Positions 34,653 to 44,446 of a stretch of DNA of 64,000 bases are shown piece by piece. Position 1 is the stretch's first letter. Each line of letters opens with the position of its first letter. The notes below the pieces were generated by a model. That model saw only the letters and a program-made list of their open reading frames with translations, was not told the origin of the DNA and did no database searches. Origin of the DNA: an uncultured Fibrobacterota bacterium (GTDB taxonomy: Bacteria; Fibrobacterota; Chitinivibrionia; Chitinivibrionales; FEN-1185); NCBI GenBank assembly GCA_963753345.1, contig CAVWBU010000016.1:160001-224000 (forward strand). The letters are read 5' to 3'. The translations under genes and the position numbers were made by a program.

Positions 34653-34787
34653 AAGTTTAAAGTTGAGAGTTGAGAGTTTAGAGTTTAGAGTTGAAAGCAA
34701 TAATAGTGAAAAAAGAATTGGTTGACGTTTTTTTGAGATCATTTTCCAATGTTTTCAACTTTCAACCTTAAACTTTCAACTTCCAAC
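34653..34787. repeat. Two inverted arrays of degenerate 7-mers (AGTTKAR x6 / YTTCAAC x5)
   Basis: AAGTTTAAAGTTGAGAGTTGAGAGTTTAGAGTTTAGAGTTGAAAG ... TTTCAACTTTCAACCTTAAACTTTCAACTTCCAAC. Confidence 0.7.
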
Positions 34788-34808
34788 AATGAGCACTATT
34801 AAACACTT

Positions 34809-35417
34809 ATGAGCTTAACTGCCCTCATCGCCGACCACGCCACCCGCCTCATCGACGCGGCCGGGTATCCCGGCGTGTTCGCGCTCATGACCATGGAAAG
34901 CATGGTTTTGCCCGTGCCGAGCGAGGCGGTCATGCCGTTCGCGGGGTTCCTGGTGGCTGCGCACCGGCTCACCATGGCCGGCGTGATCGCAGCGTCGACG
35001 CTCGGCAGCATTGCCGGGTCGCTCATCTCCTACGCGGTCGGCAGATACGGCGGCATGCCTTTTGTCAACAAATGGGGCAAATACGTTCTGCTCAACCGGC
35101 ACGATCTGGAAGTCACAGAATCGTTTTTCCGCAAACGCGGCCCCATCACGATCCTCATCTGCCGTTTCATCCCCGTTGTGCGCCACCTCATCTCCATCCC
35201 CGCCGGCACGGGAAGAATGGGCCTTTTCACGTTCCTGGTATACACCGTAATCGGCGCAGGCCTCTGGAATGCATTCCTCACGTGCACCGGGCTCTATCTC
35301 AGACAGAACTGGGAAATCGTGATGAAGTACAGCCACATTGTCGATATCGTGGTGATTGCCGGTTTATTGGGCGGGCTGGCGTATTTTATTAATAGGCATC
35401 TAAGAAGAAAACAATAA
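34809..35417 (+). CDS. DedA-family membrane protein
   Basis: LPVPSEAVMPFAG, RFIPVVRHLISIPAG. Confidence 0.92.
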   Translation: MSLTALIADHATRLIDAAGYPGVFALMTMESMVLPVPSEAVMPFAGFLVAAHRLTMAGVIAASTLGSIAGSLISYAVGRYGGMPFVNKWGKYVLLNRHDLEVTESFFRKRGPITILICRFIPVVRHLISIPAGTGRMGLFTFLVYTVIGAGLWNAFLTCTGLYLRQNWEIVMKYSHIVDIVVIAGLLGGLAYFINRHLRRKQ

Positions 35418-35426
35418 TATTGAGAT

Positions 35427-35558
35427 GGGCGTTCCCCCGCTTCGCGGGGTCGGTCTCCCTTCGGGCTCGGCTGTTCGCCTCGTTGCCGGACCGCCCTATG
35501 CCTTGCGGCCGGGTCGGCCGGCAATGCGCTCTTGCGCACCCTCCGGTCCACCTAACGC
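35427..35558. repeat. Structured repeat family I, copy 5 (C-rich strand = +)
   Basis: GGGCGTT...GGGTCGGTCTCCCTTCGGGCTCGGCTGTTCGCCTCGTTGCCGG...CCCTCCGGTCCACCTAACGC. Confidence 0.9.
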
Positions 35559-35700
35559 AGCGGCAGAGGAGTGCCATTCTGTCAACAACCCTTTCTCGCG
35601 CCTGTTGGTATCCGCAATAGATTTGCCAACGTTGCTTTTCTTGGTTTTCATTCTTCAACTCTTCAACGTTTCAACTTTTCAACTATTCAACGCTTCTTCT

Positions 35701-35849
35701 CGGTGCCCCCGCAGCCGAAGCTTCTTTCTTGCAACTCACCTCACTTGGGGGCTACCCACGAGGGGGAAGCGGAGGCCCAGTGTGCGTTTGTCAATTCATG
35801 ACTTCACCAGATCGCACACCGGGCCGGAGCGAGGGGGAAACTTCCCCCT
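35701..35849. repeat. Structured repeat family II, copy 2 (G-rich strand = +), preceded by 8-mer TTCAACNN array
   Basis: GGTGCCCCC..CTTGCAACT..GGGGGCTACC-CACGAGGGGGAAGCGGAGG...GGGCCGGAGCGAGGGGGAAACTTCCCCC. Confidence 0.85.
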
Positions 35850-35867
35850 ACAAATACTCTTTATTTT

Positions 35868-38684
35868 CTACCTAATTATCGCCAGCCTCTTCACATACGC
35901 AACTCCATCAGCAATGCATCGCACCATATATATACCTGTAGCCTTGTGGCCGATTCCTGATGCATCACCCAGAGGCAGAACATGCCAGCCCATTTCCTGC
36001 TTTGATCCGGAAACCATCTTAATCATCCTGCCGCTTGCATCAAGAATCTCAATGCTGACAAAGGAGCGGCTGCTCACGAAATAGCGTATGGTTCCGCCCG
36101 CGGTCTCTATCTTGACAATGGGTGATGACAGGCCTTTGTTTGAAAACGCCGCCGGCCGGTAGACCGCCGTTGTCCCCGGCGCGACCGTGGTGAACGTCGC
36201 CGTTCCCGAGCTGAGCCCCTGCGAAGCGGCCGTCACGGTCACCACGCCCGGCGTGAACGTGGACCGTACCGCCACCTTCGACAACCCTCCCTCGGCATTG
36301 AGCTGCGGATCAAGCGGCGAATGGTATCCACGCGGCTGGGTCGCAGTGACGTACGCGTTGGCCCCGCCGCGGTAATTACCCGGCCCCGAAACGCTCCACG
36401 TAATGGTATGGCTGTCCGTGGGGCACAGGTTGCCCTGCGCGTCAACCACTTTCGCGACGATGAATGCGGCGTCGCTGCCGTTCGCCTTTATTTGGAACAC
36501 CTCGCCGGTCTGCTTTACAATGGCGGAATCGACCGCGAGGACGATGTGATCGGGATTTCCCGCGGTTGTTTTCGTGTCGGAACACACCGCGTTGCCGCCC
36601 GCGTCGAGGCCCTCTGCCAGAAGCGTGCCCGCCGCCCAGGTCACGTCCCAGTAGCACTGGAAAGGAAGCTGGGTGGTGGTCTGGGTGAGGTCGCTGTTGT
36701 TGCCGCTGCCTGTGGCGGGGTTCGGCGTCTTGGTGCTTATCACGGTGCCATTGAGGGAGAGCCGGACGCTCGGACAGTTGCTGAATGCGTTGACCCTCAC
36801 GGTTCCAGACCGGTTCCAGTGGTGCGCAAGCGACACCACCGGCCGTATCGAGTACGGCGTCCAAGCCGCCTGGTAGATTTTGTACAGCATTTTGGGAAAC
36901 CGGTTGAAGTCCATCATGGAGGTCCCGGTCGACCGGACGTTCGCGGCAGTCACGCCTTCGAGGTAGTCGGCCTGCTCGCCGGGAGTGTCGGCCAGGTACC
37001 ATTGACAGACGCCAAAGCAATTGGCGGCAACGCTCGCCCTCCAGTTCTGGAAATACTGCGCCGCGAACGCGATTTCGAAATCGTAGGCGAACCGCGCCGA
37101 GCTCCTGTTCCAGGCCTCCGCGCACCAGGCGGGGTTGTTGGGGTACTGGTTCTTGACTCCTATTTCGCACCCGGAAAGCGTGCAGGAGAGGATGTCGCCG
37201 TTGGCGGGATTGGGCGTCCGGTCGGCCTGCGCGCGCGTGTTGATCGGGTCCCACACCACCGAAATGGCCTTGAGCCCCTGGGCGACCGGCGTCGCCGTGA
37301 CGCCGTTGTCCGCCTCCCACGCCAGAATGGATGGATTGTTCCTGTCGCGGATAATCATGTCCCGGTGGAGCTCGGACTTGAGAATGTATTTTGCGTCCGT
37401 CAAAAGTGTGCTGGAGAATGCGTTTTCGCCGTCGCCGCTGGGCTGTACCAGCATGATTCCGTAATTGTCGCACGCGTTCACGAACCCCTTACTGCACGAG
37501 GAATGCCCCGGCCTCCACAGGCTGCCGCCGCACTGCGCCATCAGCTTCGCGTCCCTGAACTCCTGCTCGTTGGGGACGGCCGAGCCCAGCGCGGGATAAT
37601 CGTACCGGGAGGCGCCGCCGAACAGCAGGTGCTTATGTCCATTGACATAGGGGAAGTTGTTGTCCCACGTGAGCACCCGGATTCCCAGCGGGTCCTCGAA
37701 CACGTCGAGCGTCGTTGTCCCCACCTTCACGATGTGGTACACTTTGTACAAATACGGCGTACCGTACGTGCTGTTGTTCGGATACCACAGGGTGGGATTG
37801 GCAACGTCGCCCGTCTGGTCGAACACGTAGCTCTGGCCCGCCGCAATGGACTGCGTGGACGCGAGGCTAAGCACCACGTTGTTGCCGTTGCGGATGTCAA
37901 CCACCTTCGTGGTGAGCGACACATTCTGGGCCGCGGCGCTTTCGTTGAATACGTTCGTCTGTATCTCGACCGTTGCAGAGGAACCGTCGCTTGCTACGGT
38001 CTTCGTCACCACATAGGTTCCCCACTGGTTGAGCACCGAGTAGACGTTCTGGGGAATGTGCACCTTGTCGGTGATGTGCATCCACACGGGCCGAAACAGC
38101 CCGCCGTCCTCCTGGCCGAACCTGAACACTTCGGAGAAACCAGGGTCGGTATAGAATCCGCCGCTCTTGCCCACGCGCACCGCAAAAACATTGTCGGCCC
38201 CGCCGAACTGCACGCTGGGCGTGACGTCGACGACAAAGCCGATGAAACCGACCACGTGCGTGGCGGTGGGGTTGAGCGCGCTGTTGCCGGGTATGAACGT
38301 TCCGTTGATATATGCCGCTGCGCCCACGTGCGCGCCCTCCACCTCGATGAATATCTTCCTGCCCGCGTATTGGTTGTCAAGCGTGAAATGCTTCCGGTAC
38401 CAGCAGATACCGCCGAGCATGGAGCCGTCGCCGCCGCCGCTCCCCTGGTTGATGAAGGTGTCAGTGTCGTTCCAGCAGTGCGGGATTCCGACATCTTTCC
38501 ACCCGGCGTCGTTGAGGGCCGTGGTCTGTGCGTTGAGCGGGTCGCCCTTGGTGAATTTCCAGGGAGTCTCTCCGAGGTTGATCGTCACGCGATTGCTCGG
38601 TTCTGGCGAATAGGTCTCGGCAATGCCGAGAGTGACAAATGCGAGGACAAAAGCGACTAATGACGAGATACGTTGGGGGGGCAT
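35868..38684 (-). CDS. Secreted GH2 glycoside hydrolase with DUF4982-like and C-terminal sorting-like domain
   Basis: WYRKHF, IFIEVEG, GGLFRPV, LWYP, GIRVL, RDRNNPSILAWE; C-terminal 'IEILDASGR...TGIYMVR'. Confidence 0.88.
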   Translation of the reverse strand: MPPQRISSLVAFVLAFVTLGIAETYSPEPSNRVTINLGETPWKFTKGDPLNAQTTALNDAGWKDVGIPHCWNDTDTFINQGSGGGDGSMLGGICWYRKHFTLDNQYAGRKIFIEVEGAHVGAAAYINGTFIPGNSALNPTATHVVGFIGFVVDVTPSVQFGGADNVFAVRVGKSGGFYTDPGFSEVFRFGQEDGGLFRPVWMHITDKVHIPQNVYSVLNQWGTYVVTKTVASDGSSATVEIQTNVFNESAAAQNVSLTTKVVDIRNGNNVVLSLASTQSIAAGQSYVFDQTGDVANPTLWYPNNSTYGTPYLYKVYHIVKVGTTTLDVFEDPLGIRVLTWDNNFPYVNGHKHLLFGGASRYDYPALGSAVPNEQEFRDAKLMAQCGGSLWRPGHSSCSKGFVNACDNYGIMLVQPSGDGENAFSSTLLTDAKYILKSELHRDMIIRDRNNPSILAWEADNGVTATPVAQGLKAISVVWDPINTRAQADRTPNPANGDILSCTLSGCEIGVKNQYPNNPAWCAEAWNRSSARFAYDFEIAFAAQYFQNWRASVAANCFGVCQWYLADTPGEQADYLEGVTAANVRSTGTSMMDFNRFPKMLYKIYQAAWTPYSIRPVVSLAHHWNRSGTVRVNAFSNCPSVRLSLNGTVISTKTPNPATGSGNNSDLTQTTTQLPFQCYWDVTWAAGTLLAEGLDAGGNAVCSDTKTTAGNPDHIVLAVDSAIVKQTGEVFQIKANGSDAAFIVAKVVDAQGNLCPTDSHTITWSVSGPGNYRGGANAYVTATQPRGYHSPLDPQLNAEGGLSKVAVRSTFTPGVVTVTAASQGLSSGTATFTTVAPGTTAVYRPAAFSNKGLSSPIVKIETAGGTIRYFVSSRSFVSIEILDASGRMIKMVSGSKQEMGWHVLPLGDASGIGHKATGIYMVRCIADGVAYVKRLAIIR

Positions 38685-38745
38685 TTTGTACCTCCGGATG
38701 ATGGTTAGGCTCATTAGTACTTCACATATATCAACAATAAGAATT

Positions 38746-38896
38746 GGGCGTTCCCCTCCCCCTCGTCAAGATTCGGGGTCGGGTCGGCCCTCCTTCCGGT
38801 CTCGGCCTTTGGCCTCGGGCCGCCTGCCACAAAGGCCCTGTGGGCCGTGGTCAGGCGGCACCGCGCTCCAGCGCGGCCTCCAGTCCTGCCTAACGC
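38746..38896. repeat. Structured repeat family I, copy 6 (C-rich strand = +)
   Basis: GGGCGTT...GGGTCGGCCCTCCTTCCGGTCTCGGCC..GGCCTCG...CCTCCAGTCCTGCCTAACGC. Confidence 0.9.
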
Positions 38897-39010
38897 TTGG
38901 CAGAAGGGTATTTGCACATTTGCTCTGTTCGCTGCTGCACTAACCGAGCGACATTTCTCATTGTCAATCAACAATCAATCTCATCAGCAAATCCTTGACT
39001 GCGATTGCAA

Positions 39011-40630
39011 CTACTTTGAATTCCATGATGCCGACTGGGTTACTGTCTGGACCGGCGAATCGTCCTGATAGGAAACGACCACCGAATCCCCGTCCTGCAC
39101 GGATATGAACCCCGGCCGTGAAGTCCCTGTTGTAAATCCGACCGTGGCGATGAAATTTCTGATCGTCCCGCCCGTCACCCGTAAGGTGTCCTTGATGCCG
39201 ACAGGGTCTTTCCGGCTTGCGATACCGACCACTGCCGTGCTGTCGGCAATATCGTCGTCGCTCATGTTGATCGTCATCGCGCTGCCGGTCCCGTGGTATG
39301 CGGCCGAATCGAGGAACATCGTGGCGAGCACCGGCAGCCAGATGCAGGCCGGGGGCGCTATGTCCTGGGCCGGGGTCATGTCGTGATAGACAATCGTGAT
39401 CGTGTCGGCTGCCGAGCCCGTCACGGCAAGCACGCTGTCGTGCACCGAGGCCTTGAGGGAAAACCAGATGTGCCCCATAAAGTCTCCGGCAGACCCTTCG
39501 ACGGCATGTAAAGCGACCTGGAACCCTGTCTTGTCCCTCACGCTGGCAACGCGCACAAGAACGGTTGAATCAGTGACGTCGGAATCCCAGACATGGATCG
39601 AGAGCGGCCTCACAACACCAAGAATCGGCGATCCGCCCGGCTGCACGATGCCCGCAACACCGGTCCACGTCGTTGAAACGGAATCGACCCGCGCCGGGGA
39701 TGATTCCGTGTAGCAGGCCGACACGACATCGCCGTCCCCGACCCTTAAGAGCCGTTTCGCGGAATCGGAATGCGTTATGGAAAACCACACGCTGTCGGAA
39801 AAGGTGCCGGCGGCTCCCGTCACCTTCGCCAGCCCCACGGTTATTCCCGCCGCGTCAGTGCCGCTTCTAACCTTTACATAAGCGAACTGCCCCGCGAGGC
39901 TCGAGTCGACCACGGTGATTACCAGCGGTACGATGCAGCTCTGGTAGGAGCCATTGTCAAATGAGATGATTCCGGCATTTCCGGAGGAGGAGGCGAGCAG
40001 AAAGTCGTTTGCACCCACATACGAAGAAATCGGCTTGCGCGCGACGGTGTAACCGGTTGCCGTTACAATAATGGTGTCGATTGCAAGGGCTGCAGATTTC
40101 GATAAGGCGCCGGACAAACCGTTACCAGCAATTCTTGATAACCCGTACCCATGGTCGGTATTGCCATCAAGCATCTTGAAAACAAAATCGGCGCTGCCGA
40201 TCCTGAGTTTCACAAAACATAAGAGTCCAGCCGAAGTCCTTTTCCCGAATGGATTGAACCGATAGTTGCCGCATTCCAGTTTCCGTTCGACGGCGGGGGC
40301 GATGGTCCGGCCTAGAAGATCGCAGACGTCAATGCGCACCGGCTGGCCGGCAACGGAAATCCCGAAAAATACGCTTCCTCGTTTGGCTACCGGCCGCTCT
40401 GCAGGTGAAACTCCGCCGTGAACAAAAGGTCCCACGCCCGAGCCCTTAAGCGCGTATCCGCCCGATGAATCGGTCGTTGTTGACAAAGGCAGCCCTTTCA
40501 GGGCCACCACCGCGCCTGCGATCCCCCTCAGTGAGGCCGAATCCCTTACTGTGCCCGTGAGGTTGACGGATTGGGGAAAGGCGAAGGACAAAGCGCCGGC
40601 AAGGAAAATGATAGCGATGCTATTCTTCAC
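39011..40630 (-). CDS. Secreted protein: carboxypeptidase-regulatory-like N-domain plus three ~100-aa beta repeats
   Basis: GTG start with signal peptide; VNLTGTVRDS..GIAGAVVAL; three repeats ending YTESSP / YHDMTP / YQDDSP. Confidence 0.7.
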   Translation of the reverse strand: MKNSIAIIFLAGALSFAFPQSVNLTGTVRDSASLRGIAGAVVALKGLPLSTTTDSSGGYALKGSGVGPFVHGGVSPAERPVAKRGSVFFGISVAGQPVRIDVCDLLGRTIAPAVERKLECGNYRFNPFGKRTSAGLLCFVKLRIGSADFVFKMLDGNTDHGYGLSRIAGNGLSGALSKSAALAIDTIIVTATGYTVARKPISSYVGANDFLLASSSGNAGIISFDNGSYQSCIVPLVITVVDSSLAGQFAYVKVRSGTDAAGITVGLAKVTGAAGTFSDSVWFSITHSDSAKRLLRVGDGDVVSACYTESSPARVDSVSTTWTGVAGIVQPGGSPILGVVRPLSIHVWDSDVTDSTVLVRVASVRDKTGFQVALHAVEGSAGDFMGHIWFSLKASVHDSVLAVTGSAADTITIVYHDMTPAQDIAPPACIWLPVLATMFLDSAAYHGTGSAMTINMSDDDIADSTAVVGIASRKDPVGIKDTLRVTGGTIRNFIATVGFTTGTSRPGFISVQDGDSVVVSYQDDSPVQTVTQSASWNSK

Positions 40631-40706
40631 AGATGTTTTCCGGCAAAAGAAATCTGAACGATGATAAGGTATTTGATGATGAAATCCTCTTTCGCTTTTC
40701 CATTTG

Positions 40707-40743
40707 ACCTCACCCCCGGCCCCTCTCCTATGGGAGAGGGGAG
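40707..40743. repeat. Short REP-like hairpin
   Basis: ACCTCACCCCCGGCCCCTCTCCTATGGGAGAGGGGAG; same type as the inner element at ~16337-16430. Confidence 0.55.
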
Positions 40744-40809
40744 CAGCATCCTCGCATGCTCTCCGAATTTTGCGTGGGATGCAGATGTCTTTCTTATCCA
40801 ACAACTTTC

Positions 40810-40960
40810 CGTGGGTGCCCCGCAAGCAGTGCATATTCTTGCAGCCAGCTTTTCATGGGGGTCACCCAGGAGGGGGTAGCGGAGGACCAGACGCGCATGT
40901 CAGGATTGCTGATTTGTAAATTGGCGCGGCCGGGCCGGAGCGAGGGGGAAACTTCCCCCA
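40810..40960. repeat. Structured repeat family II, copy 3 (G-rich strand = +)
   Basis: CGTGGGTGCCCC..CTTGCAGCC..GGGGGTCACCCAGGAGGGGGTAGCGGAGG...GGGCCGGAGCGAGGGGGAAACTTCCCCCA. Confidence 0.9.
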
Positions 40961-40982
40961 CTTAAAACATCTAAATTCTATA

Positions 40983-42968
40983 TTAGTAAATAAAATCCAT
41001 AATAGCATGCGCCGGTATCGTTGGCTTGACAATCTGCGAGCCCTGTTTGATCTTGAACGAAATGGCCGCCGCAGTGTTGTTGTAGGCAACGACCACGATC
41101 CTTCCGTTGGTGTTCAAAAACGCGGTCGCTTCGAGATACGGATTGGTACTTATACAGTTCAGCCTGATCGCGCCCGGCCGCAGGTATCTGCTGAAATGCG
41201 CGAGGTAATAATATGAAGGGCAATAGTGCACCGAATCGTTGTTGAAATCGATATACACCGACGAAGCGCAGCCCGTGTTCGGGTCGTGGCGCGGCAGGCC
41301 GTTCTGGTCCAGCACCAGGTTCCATTCGACCCATCCTTCCGTCCAGTTGTTCAAATCGCCGATGATGTCGTGCGCATAGTTCTGGCCGGTCGACCAGTTG
41401 CCCATGGGCAGGCCCTCTGCCTCTTCGGTTGCCAGCAGGTGTTTGGACGGAAAGTTGTCGTGCGTGGTCGCGACGTTGTCGAACTGGTCGCCGGAATACC
41501 AATGAAACCCCGTGCCCCATGCATACTTTGCCGCCGCGGTGTCGCCGAGAATGGTGCTGGCCCACGTTGCGACATGGTCCTTATTGTGGTCGAAAATCAT
41601 CACCTTCACGTTGACCCTGTTCTGGGCCAGCGCCGGCCCGAGATTGTTTTTAAGAAAATCCCGTTCCGAGGCCGCGGTGTAGATGCACGATTCCCACGTT
41701 TGGGTGGCTTCGGGCTCGTTTTGTATGGTAACGCCCCATACGGGAATGCCGGCGGCGCCCATGGCCTGAACATACTTGACAAAAAACAATGCCCAGGTGT
41801 TCGCGCAGGCCGCAAGCAGCGTTCCGCCGTCGAGCATGTTGTTGTTCGATTTCATCCAGGCCGACGGCGACCAGGGGGAGGCGAATATCCTGATGTCGGC
41901 CCCCGGAAGCGCCATGGCCTGCTTGATCGTGGGGATCATCCACTGTGTTTCGTGCTGGATCGAAAAGTTGTCCAGATTGTAGTCGCCGGGAATGCTGTCG
42001 TAGGAATACTTGGCAATGCAGAAATCGCAGCTCTGGAGATTGGTGCGGCATACCGTATAGCCGGAGCCGGTAAAGGGGCTAAAATAGGCGTTGAGAATCT
42101 GGCTCCTCTTCTGGGCCCCTATTTTGTAGAGATTGTAGGTGGCTGCCTCGGTGAACGCGCCGCCGAACCCGAGGATGGCCTGATACCTGTGCGTCGTGTC
42201 TACGGTTATGGTGGCGACCGCAGAGCCGTCGTCGGCTGCGAAGGTCAGTGGAGGCTTGGCGGACAGGAAGTCGGCGGCCTGCGCGGTCTGCACCACCTGG
42301 ACCGAACCAGGAGCCACGATCCTCTGGAGTTTGATGTCGTAGGTCCCGATGAGACCCGGTATCGCCAGACCGGCAACACCGTATCCCACCGAACCGGCAA
42401 GCAGCGTATCGGCATCGGCAGCTTTCTTCCCGGCGGCCCCGGAAAGGTTGGTTACGGGGATCCGGTCGGGCGGCGTGCCGGAAAACAAACGCGAATCGAC
42501 CGACGTGGCCTTGACAATGGAGATGTTCCCGCCGACCTTGACACGGAGGAATATCACCTGCGCGCCGCGCAGGCCGGGGTCAAGGCTGATCCTGTATTCC
42601 CCTCTCGATAACGTTCTGTCCGCAAGAGTCTCGAGGCGCTTTCCGGAAACCGTGAATGCCTCAATCCCGACCGGCGCCTGCTCATCGGTCACGCCGAAAC
42701 AAAGCTTTCCATTCGCGATATAGGCGCTTGATCTTTCGATGCGCGTTTCCGATGCCGGCTCGGCAATAGGCGTGCCGCCTCCAAGCACGTAATGTCCGAC
42801 CGAATCCGAGTATGCGGTCCCGCCGGTTGCCGCCAAGCCCACGACCGCGCCCTGGATCGGCAGGCCGGTGCCTGAATCAGTAATAGTGCCGGTGATGTTA
42901 ACCTGGGACTGAGCAAGGAAGACGATTGCTGCGATGCAAATAAGTGAAGTTTCAATTTTCCTCATCAT
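40983..42968 (-). CDS. Secreted GH30 glycoside hydrolase (glucosylceramidase/beta-1,6-glucanase-like) with N-terminal accessory module
   Basis: YQAILGFGGAFT, ASPWSP.AWMK, acid/base QNEP, FHWY, nucleophile ATE, WNLVLD. Confidence 0.9.
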   Translation of the reverse strand: MMRKIETSLICIAAIVFLAQSQVNITGTITDSGTGLPIQGAVVGLAATGGTAYSDSVGHYVLGGGTPIAEPASETRIERSSAYIANGKLCFGVTDEQAPVGIEAFTVSGKRLETLADRTLSRGEYRISLDPGLRGAQVIFLRVKVGGNISIVKATSVDSRLFSGTPPDRIPVTNLSGAAGKKAADADTLLAGSVGYGVAGLAIPGLIGTYDIKLQRIVAPGSVQVVQTAQAADFLSAKPPLTFAADDGSAVATITVDTTHRYQAILGFGGAFTEAATYNLYKIGAQKRSQILNAYFSPFTGSGYTVCRTNLQSCDFCIAKYSYDSIPGDYNLDNFSIQHETQWMIPTIKQAMALPGADIRIFASPWSPSAWMKSNNNMLDGGTLLAACANTWALFFVKYVQAMGAAGIPVWGVTIQNEPEATQTWESCIYTAASERDFLKNNLGPALAQNRVNVKVMIFDHNKDHVATWASTILGDTAAAKYAWGTGFHWYSGDQFDNVATTHDNFPSKHLLATEEAEGLPMGNWSTGQNYAHDIIGDLNNWTEGWVEWNLVLDQNGLPRHDPNTGCASSVYIDFNNDSVHYCPSYYYLAHFSRYLRPGAIRLNCISTNPYLEATAFLNTNGRIVVVAYNNTAAAISFKIKQGSQIVKPTIPAHAIMDFIY

Positions 42969-43166
42969 GGTTTACCTCTTCTCCTTGCGGACTGGTTTGA
43001 TAAATGAGGTGATTGCAGCTACTGTTTTAAAAAAAGCCTCGCTGATCAATAAACCATGAATATAATAAGGAAAGGTCATCATTATGTGGAACAAATTCTG
43101 TTAATTAGTTTATGAGGATTATACATTTATGAATTTACTCTGCAGTACAGTAATACAGCATCGATC

Positions 43167-43303
43167 TGTCACGGTGAGCACTTCGGCAAGCTCAGTGCAG
43201 GCTCTGTCGAACCGTTTCGTACTCGATGGGCCGTTGGCGAAGACGCCACTGCTCTTTGCATCCGTACGCAGGCGTAGTCGCGGTCGACAAGCTCAGGGTG
43301 ACA
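43167..43303. repeat. REPIN-like inverted doublet
   Basis: TGTCACGGTGAGC...TGTCGAACCG and TCGACAAGCTCAGGGTGACA form imperfect inverted ends. Confidence 0.55.
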
Positions 43304-43452
43304 TCAAATTTATGTAATCATACTTATGAACTTCTTAATGACTTCCAAAATAATGTCAGCATCAATATAGAACTTGAACGAACTTGCTCAAAAGCCGCCG
43401 TCAGACCGCTCACCGCGTTGAGCGATTATTTGTTATCTTGATAAGATTATCT

Positions 43453-43481
43453 TTGAAATTACGATCCATTTGCGGTATATT
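43453..43481 (+). promoter_or_regulatory. Sigma70-type promoter
   Basis: TTGAAA-N17-TATATT upstream of the TIGR02147 gene. Confidence 0.55.
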
Positions 43482-43567
43482 ATTGTCAGGTGCTCACCAG
43501 ACAAAAGCAATGAATTGAATAATTGAAGAGCGCCTTTTATGAAAACATTCCAAGAAACAAGACTATT

Positions 43568-44446
43568 ATGAAACCCCTTACTGAATACACCGACTTCCGC
43601 ACCTACCTCAATGAGTGGGTCGAGGACAGAAAATCGCAGGGCCTGCCCGGCTCAAACCGCTGGTTCGCCATGAAAATGGGAATCAATTCCACGTCGTGGC
43701 TCACCTCGGTGCTCAAGGGCGTCAAAGGGTTGTCAAAAGCGACCGCGAACCGGCTTTCGCAGCTTCTCAAGCACTCGCCCATCGAGACGCGGTATTTCGA
43801 GACCATGGTTTTCTTCAACCAGGCCCGCACCATAGAGGAACGGAACAGGTATTACAAGGAACTCAACGCGCTGCAGAAACTCAAGGACGTGCGCACGGTG
43901 AGGCCAAACCAGTACGACCTGTATTCCACCTGGTATCACAGCGCGGTCCGGTCTCTTATCGGCATGCATTTGTTCGGAGCCGACGCAAAGGATTTCGAGC
44001 GGCTCGCCTCGCTGGTCTCGCCGCCGATCACCGCTTCGCAGGCAAGAAAATCCGTCAAGCTGCTCGAACAACTCGACCTTATCAGATTGAACGGCCAGGG
44101 TTTCTTCGAGCTCACCTCATCGGCCATCACCACGGGCGAAAATATCCGCTCGCTTTCGGTGGCGAACTTTCAGCAGGAAACCATGCGGCTTGCGCAGGAG
44201 GCATTGGACCGGTATCCCCGTGAGGAACGGTACATAGGGACCGTGACTGTGGGCGCGAGCGCAGTGGCATTCGAGCAAATACGAAAAGTGCTCATGGATG
44301 CAAATGAGAAAATCGCCGAAATCGCGAACGCGGACGCCGATGCAGACCGTGTATATCAGGTGAATGTCCAGGCGTTTCCCTTGTCGAAAGCCGGCAGTGC
44401 CCCCAAGACCGCTGCATCGCAGCCGGACACAAAAGAGGCTGTATGA
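43568..44446 (+). CDS. TIGR02147-family protein (Fibrobacter paralogous family, N-terminal HTH)
   Basis: EYTDFRTYL...SNRWFAMKMGINS, YSTWYHSAVR, LLEQLDLI, RVYQVNVQAFPLS. Confidence 0.88.
   Translation: MKPLTEYTDFRTYLNEWVEDRKSQGLPGSNRWFAMKMGINSTSWLTSVLKGVKGLSKATANRLSQLLKHSPIETRYFETMVFFNQARTIEERNRYYKELNALQKLKDVRTVRPNQYDLYSTWYHSAVRSLIGMHLFGADAKDFERLASLVSPPITASQARKSVKLLEQLDLIRLNGQGFFELTSSAITTGENIRSLSVANFQQETMRLAQEALDRYPREERYIGTVTVGASAVAFEQIRKVLMDANEKIAEIANADADADRVYQVNVQAFPLSKAGSAPKTAASQPDTKEAV

Noticed and set aside
19621..35551. Family of small ORFs 'MDRRV..LPADPA.RHRA.RQRGEQPSP.GDRP' (19621, 29278, 35294)
   Set aside because: These are translations of family I repeats. Starts and stops are not conserved, and variation follows base pairing rather than codons.
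36321..38660. Long antisense ORFs (779 aa here; also 60058-62106, 57964-59592, 41226-42611, 27555-28820, 1665-3146)
   Set aside because: Shadow ORFs opposite well-supported GC3-rich genes, with no recognisable motifs.
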